From: Gemmatimonadota bacterium
GTDB lineage: Bacteria; Gemmatimonadota; Gemmatimonadetes; Gemmatimonadales; Gemmatimonadaceae
Length of the DNA stretch: 64,000 nt
Assembly: GCA_040389905.1 (NCBI GenBank)
Contig: JAZJZK010000008.1
Span: 215,122 to 279,121, forward strand
Reading direction: 5' to 3'
Under the pieces are notes generated by a model, which did not search any database, was not told where the DNA came from, and saw only the letters and a list, made by a program, of their open reading frames with translations. Positions 59,984 through 64,000 of the stretch are shown one piece after another. The first letter of the stretch is position 1; each line of letters starts with the position of its first letter. Made by a program: the position numbers and the translations under genes.

Positions 59984-61057
59984 TCAGTGTGCGTCGCCGA
60001 GCCGCGCGGGATCGAGGACCACATGCCTGACCCGTTGACGCTGCCATGTGTACGTGATGTGAACCAATCCATCACGCGTCTGGATCACCGCCGGATAGGA
60101 GTACTCGCCGGGCGCATCCTCGAGCACGAGCACTGAATTCCATGTCTTCCCATCCGGCGAGACCGCGACGTTGAGCGGTGTTCGTCCCCGCGGGGTGTTG
60201 TTGTAGACGATGAGCTGGCGTCCGTCGCGAAGCGTCAGCGCGTCGGTGCCCGCGTTCGGGTTGGGCAGCGCGGTCAGCGTCAGTGGACCCCACGTCGCTC
60301 CACTGTCAGTGGACCACGTTTCGAAGATGCGCGCTGACCGCGTTCGTCCCACCGCCTGCAGCCTGCCGTCGCGGTGTACGAGAATGCTCGGCTGAATCGC
60401 GTTCAACTCAGTGTCGGTCGTCGGAGATGACGGCATCACCAGACGCCACGTGCGTGCATTGTCGCGCGAAATCTCGAAGTGTACGCGCCAGATGGAGACC
60501 GAATCGGTCGACTCCGTGCTGCTGCCAGCGATGATCGTCCCATTGGGCAACACCAGCGGTTTGTTCTTCACCGGTCCAAGAATGCCCTCGGGCAGCCGTA
60601 CTGCGTCGCTCCACGTTCGGCCGTCGTCGCGCGATGCGCGATGCATGCCCCACCATTTCGACGGCCGTGGGCCCACCTTGTAGAACAGGTGCAGCACGCC
60701 GTCCGCACTGTAAAACAGCACGGGGTTGTAGCACGGGAAGCGGGTGCCGTCCGCCTGTACGCCGGTTCCGACGACGACGGGCGGACTCCACCGGCCGGCG
60801 GTGCTGCGAGCCAGCCAGATCTCGACATCCGGCGCACCTTCGCGCGTGCCACCGAACCACGCCGCCACCAACCCGCCGGGCACTTCGACGATGGTTGATG
60901 CGTGCGCGCTGGGTGTTGGCGGCTGATCCGCGATGAATTCCTTCATCAGCACAGACGGATGTGAGGTGACGGAATCCGTTCGCTGCGCACCTACAACTCC
61001 GCTTGAAAGCGCGACTCCCAGCAGCGTGAGGACGATCGGCGGACGCGTCAACTGCAT
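59984..61057 (-). CDS. Secreted BNR/Asp-box (sialidase-like) beta-propeller
   Basis: Signal peptide; HASTI; AWFGGTREG; Asp boxes SRDDGRTWS, SRDNARTW, STDSGATW, SPDGKTW; SYPA. Confidence 0.9.
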   Translation of the reverse strand: MQLTRPPIVLTLLGVALSSGVVGAQRTDSVTSHPSVLMKEFIADQPPTPSAHASTIVEVPGGLVAAWFGGTREGAPDVEIWLARSTAGRWSPPVVVGTGVQADGTRFPCYNPVLFYSADGVLHLFYKVGPRPSKWWGMHRASRDDGRTWSDAVRLPEGILGPVKNKPLVLPNGTIIAGSSTESTDSVSIWRVHFEISRDNARTWRLVMPSSPTTDTELNAIQPSILVHRDGRLQAVGRTRSARIFETWSTDSGATWGPLTLTALPNPNAGTDALTLRDGRQLIVYNNTPRGRTPLNVAVSPDGKTWNSVLVLEDAPGEYSYPAVIQTRDGLVHITYTWQRQRVRHVVLDPARLGDAH

Positions 61058-61122
61058 ATCGGTGTGCTCCGGTTCGTGAAGCGGCATGAGATCGCGCGCG
61101 ACGAGAACTGCAACAGAAATTG

Positions 61123-61217
61123 AACCACAGAGGACACAGAGGACACGGAGGACAACAACGCGGTCATTCTCAATTGCGGCCCTGCCGTCCTGCGTGTCCT
61201 CTGTGTCCTCTGTGGTA
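61123..61217. repeat. Family B inverted repeat
   Basis: AACCACAGAGGACACAGAGGACACGGAGG...CGTGTCCTCTGTGTCCTCTGTGGTA. Confidence 0.88.
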
Positions 61218-61300
61218 AAATGCAGTTCACGAATGCTGGCGCCCGAACGACACGGATGAAAGACTCACGCGCGGATCACTGAGACGCTAGACTCTCCAGC

Positions 61301-62446
61301 ATGCAACCCGCCTACGACATCGCGGCCCTCCGGAAGCAGATTCCGATCCTTGGCTCGATGATTCCGATGAACAACTGCTCCCAGGCTCCGCAAACAGTGG
61401 CCACGCGCGCCGCGGCGGAGCGCTATCTCGAGTCGTGGAACACGTATGGCATGGACTGGGACTCGTGGATGGACGAGGTTCGAGCAGCGAAGGTCGAGTT
61501 CGCGAGCCTCATCGGGGCGGCGGCAGACGAGATCGCGATCTTCAGCTCCGTCTCCGAAGCGACGAGCGCCGTCGCCAGCGCCCTCGAGTTCACCGGCGCA
61601 CGACGGAAGATCCTCGTCAGCGAAGCAGAGTTTCCGACCGTCGGCCAGGTGTGGCTTGCGCAGGAGCGGCGTGGTGCGCGCATCGAATGGGCACCTCTGC
61701 ACGAGGGCGCGGTCGATCCCAGCGAGTACGATTTGCGGATCGATCGCGAGACACTCATCGTTTCTGCCTGCCATGGCTTCTACCTGAACGGCGCACTGCA
61801 GGACATCAAGCGCATCGCGACGCAGGCGCACGAGCACGGTGCGCTGCTCTTAGTGGACGCGTACCAGTCACTGGGCGCGGTGCCCGTGGACGTGAAGGCG
61901 CTCGATGTGGACTTCCTCGTCTCCGGCAACCTCAAGTTCCTCATGGGCGCGCCCGGCGTGGCGTTCCTGTATGTGCGCGAGGCATTGATCGGGAATCTCC
62001 ACCCAACAGTGACGGGATGGTTTGGGCGGGAGAATCCCTTTGCATTTCAGGTGAACGTCCTCGATTGGTCTCCGTCGGCCAGTCGATTTGACACGGGGAC
62101 TCCGCCGATCATCAACGTCTACATCGCGCGGGCGGGCATGGAGATCATCAACGAGCTCGGTGTCGAGCACATTCGGCGCTGGCACGAAGTGCTCGCGCAC
62201 CGGCTGATCGAGCGTGGACGAGAGCGCGGACTGCAAGTGTTTGGCCCCACCGACGTCGCGCACAAAACCGCCTCGACCGCATTCACCGTGGACGATTCGC
62301 ACGCCGTCGAGAATGCGATGCGCGAACGCGGCATCATTCCCTCGGCTCGCGGACAGGTGATTCGACTCGCGCCGCACTACTACAACACCCTCGATGACGT
62401 GGACACGGCCGTCGACGTACTCGCCGCAGTGACGCACGCACGATGA
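61301..62446 (+). CDS. Class-V PLP-dependent enzyme (kynureninase/cysteine desulfurase-like)
   Basis: EFPT; VDAYQSLG; SGNLKFLMGAPGVAFLYV; TGWFG...FAF; RFDTGTPP; RLAPHYYN. Confidence 0.85.
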   Translation: MQPAYDIAALRKQIPILGSMIPMNNCSQAPQTVATRAAAERYLESWNTYGMDWDSWMDEVRAAKVEFASLIGAAADEIAIFSSVSEATSAVASALEFTGARRKILVSEAEFPTVGQVWLAQERRGARIEWAPLHEGAVDPSEYDLRIDRETLIVSACHGFYLNGALQDIKRIATQAHEHGALLLVDAYQSLGAVPVDVKALDVDFLVSGNLKFLMGAPGVAFLYVREALIGNLHPTVTGWFGRENPFAFQVNVLDWSPSASRFDTGTPPIINVYIARAGMEIINELGVEHIRRWHEVLAHRLIERGRERGLQVFGPTDVAHKTASTAFTVDDSHAVENAMRERGIIPSARGQVIRLAPHYYNTLDDVDTAVDVLAAVTHAR

Positions 62447-63783
62447 CCGCACAGACGCGCGAAACCTTTGCGTCGCGGTTCGGGACGCTGATGACGATCG
62501 TCGGCGTTGCCTTGGGGCTCGGTAACGTGTGGCGCTTTCCCTACATGGTCGGAAAGTTCGGCGGCGCGGCGTTCGTCCTGTTCTACGTGCTCATTTCCGT
62601 GGTGATCGGCGTGCCGGCGCTGATGGCGGAATTCGCCCTTGGCCGACACACGCGGCGTGGGCCGCTCGGCGCGTTCGCCGGTGGCGGACTGCCATTTGGA
62701 AAGCAGGTCGGGTGGTTCTTCTTCGTCATCGTGATTGCCGCCACGGGCTACTACACGGCGGTCATCGGGTGGGTGCTCTACTACGCCATCGGACAGGCGG
62801 CCCTCGCCTTCGTTCCGTCATTCGATGCGGCCGCGATTCTTCCGCCGGACAAAGGATTCGTACTCAAGTCGTTCGTCCTCCAGATGCTGTGTACCGGGGC
62901 AGTGATCGTCTCATGTGGTGTTGTGGTGCACCGCGGGCTGCGTTCAGGCATCGAGAAGGCGAGCAAGGTCATCGTCCCCGCGCTGCTGATCGTGATCGTG
63001 GTCCTGATGGCGCGCTCGCTCACGCTGCCCGGTGCAATGGCGGGCGTCGAGTGGTACATCCTCAAGTTCCGTCTCTCCGACCTCACCGCGAATGTGATGG
63101 TCGCCGCCATCGGCCACGCGATGTTCTCGCTGTCCCTCGGCGGCACGTTCATGGTCGTCTATGGTTCGTATCTCGATGACAGCGAGAACCTCGCGCGACC
63201 TGCGTTGTGGACGGTGGTCGGCGACACGGGATCCGCGCTGCTCGCGGGGTTCGCCATCATCCCCGCGATCTTTGCGCTTGGGCTTGAACCAACATCAGGG
63301 CCGGGACTCATCTTCGCGACGCTCCCAAAGGTGTTCGCGGCAATTCCGGTTGGCTGGCTCTGGGGCTTCCTCTTTTTCGCGGGCTTGTTCGGCGCAGGCT
63401 ACCTCTCCGATGTGGGAGCATTCGAGGCGGTCGTCGCCGGCTTGACCGACAATACCTCGATGTCTCGCGGGAGGGCCGTGCTGCTCACATCAATCGCGGT
63501 GTTCCTGATTGCCATCCCTCCGTCGATCAACAATTCCATCTTCGTGCCTTGGGACCTGACCTTCGGTTCCGGGATGCAGACACTCGGCGCGTTGGTCGCG
63601 GTCATTACGGTGGCATGGTGCATCAATCGGTCAGAGGCGCTGCGTCAGTTGTCTCCGGCCGACGGGCCGCAGATTCCAGTGTGGCTGTTCTACTGGATTC
63701 GGTTCGGGATTCCGTTGGCGATCATCACGGCCGGAGTCTGGTGGTTGTTGGAGAATGTGACGGGGACGGTGAACGCAGTATGA
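62443..63783 (+). CDS. Sodium-dependent NSS/SNF-family transporter
   Basis: RETFASR; ALGLGNVWRFPY; GGAAF; GIEK; FSLSLG; GPGLIFATLP; ATGA-coupled to the PLP enzyme. Confidence 0.93.
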   Translation: MTAQTRETFASRFGTLMTIVGVALGLGNVWRFPYMVGKFGGAAFVLFYVLISVVIGVPALMAEFALGRHTRRGPLGAFAGGGLPFGKQVGWFFFVIVIAATGYYTAVIGWVLYYAIGQAALAFVPSFDAAAILPPDKGFVLKSFVLQMLCTGAVIVSCGVVVHRGLRSGIEKASKVIVPALLIVIVVLMARSLTLPGAMAGVEWYILKFRLSDLTANVMVAAIGHAMFSLSLGGTFMVVYGSYLDDSENLARPALWTVVGDTGSALLAGFAIIPAIFALGLEPTSGPGLIFATLPKVFAAIPVGWLWGFLFFAGLFGAGYLSDVGAFEAVVAGLTDNTSMSRGRAVLLTSIAVFLIAIPPSINNSIFVPWDLTFGSGMQTLGALVAVITVAWCINRSEALRQLSPADGPQIPVWLFYWIRFGIPLAIITAGVWWLLENVTGTVNAV

Positions 63784-63885
63784 CTCTGTCGTCGCGTGAC
63801 GGCTTTTCCCTTGCGCGGCACCCAGATGTGAAAGGTGCCCAGTGATCAGCCGCGCCCATCAGATTGTCAGGGGGTGTGGCGATCT

Positions 63886-63963
63886 CGTTTTGTCGCCTGC
63901 CTGCCCTCGAGGAGCGCAAGCGAAGGGCCCGCACTCACGAAAGGGGTTGTCACCCCGAGCGAG
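63886..63963. repeat. Family A variant half plus a truncated arm
   Basis: CGTTTTGTCGCC...GAGCGCAAGCGAAGGGCCCGCAC, then TGTCACCCCGAGCGAG (63948-63963) ending abruptly. Confidence 0.7.
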
Positions 63964-64000
63964 AGACTGTGTGAAAACCCGGCTGTGAATAGTAGATTGG
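63963..64000. mobile_element. Possible insertion-sequence terminus interrupting a family A repeat
   Basis: GAGACTGTGTGAAAAC follows the truncated arm; resembles, from recall, ends of IS1182-type elements; no transposase visible in the window. Confidence 0.3.

Overview
GC-rich bacterial chromosomal window, most likely Gemmatimonadota (inferred from the style of the Ser/Thr kinase and the overall gene content; not proven). In order it holds: a Tat-type amidase (partial), a four-gene two-component cluster, an Asp/Asn beta-hydroxylase-like gene, an orphan norQ/norD-like pair, a 14 x 21-bp tandem array, a protein of three fused minimal tail-collar domains, a 14-kb seven-gene MoxR/DUF58/BatA-VWA operon, a Ser/Thr kinase, a tandem lipoprotein paralog array, and lpdA and sucB separated by a TA module plus two genes. 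These are followed by a 2-aminobenzoyl-CoA (abm-like) catabolic operon, a 1970-aa cohesin/dockerin/Ig/RCC1 surface protein, secreted hydrolases, and a kynureninase-like PLP enzyme with an NSS transporter. The most striking signal is non-genic: three families of short palindromic repeats (about 20 copies). Family A sits in frame inside at least two enzymes (sucB linker, aryl-CoA ligase). It also appears to supply SD-like sequence, start codons and signal-peptide N-termini for two secreted proteins. One copy at the right edge is cut off by a possible IS end. No rRNA, tRNA, CRISPR array or intact transposase was seen. All family calls come from motif recognition by eye; no database searches were run.
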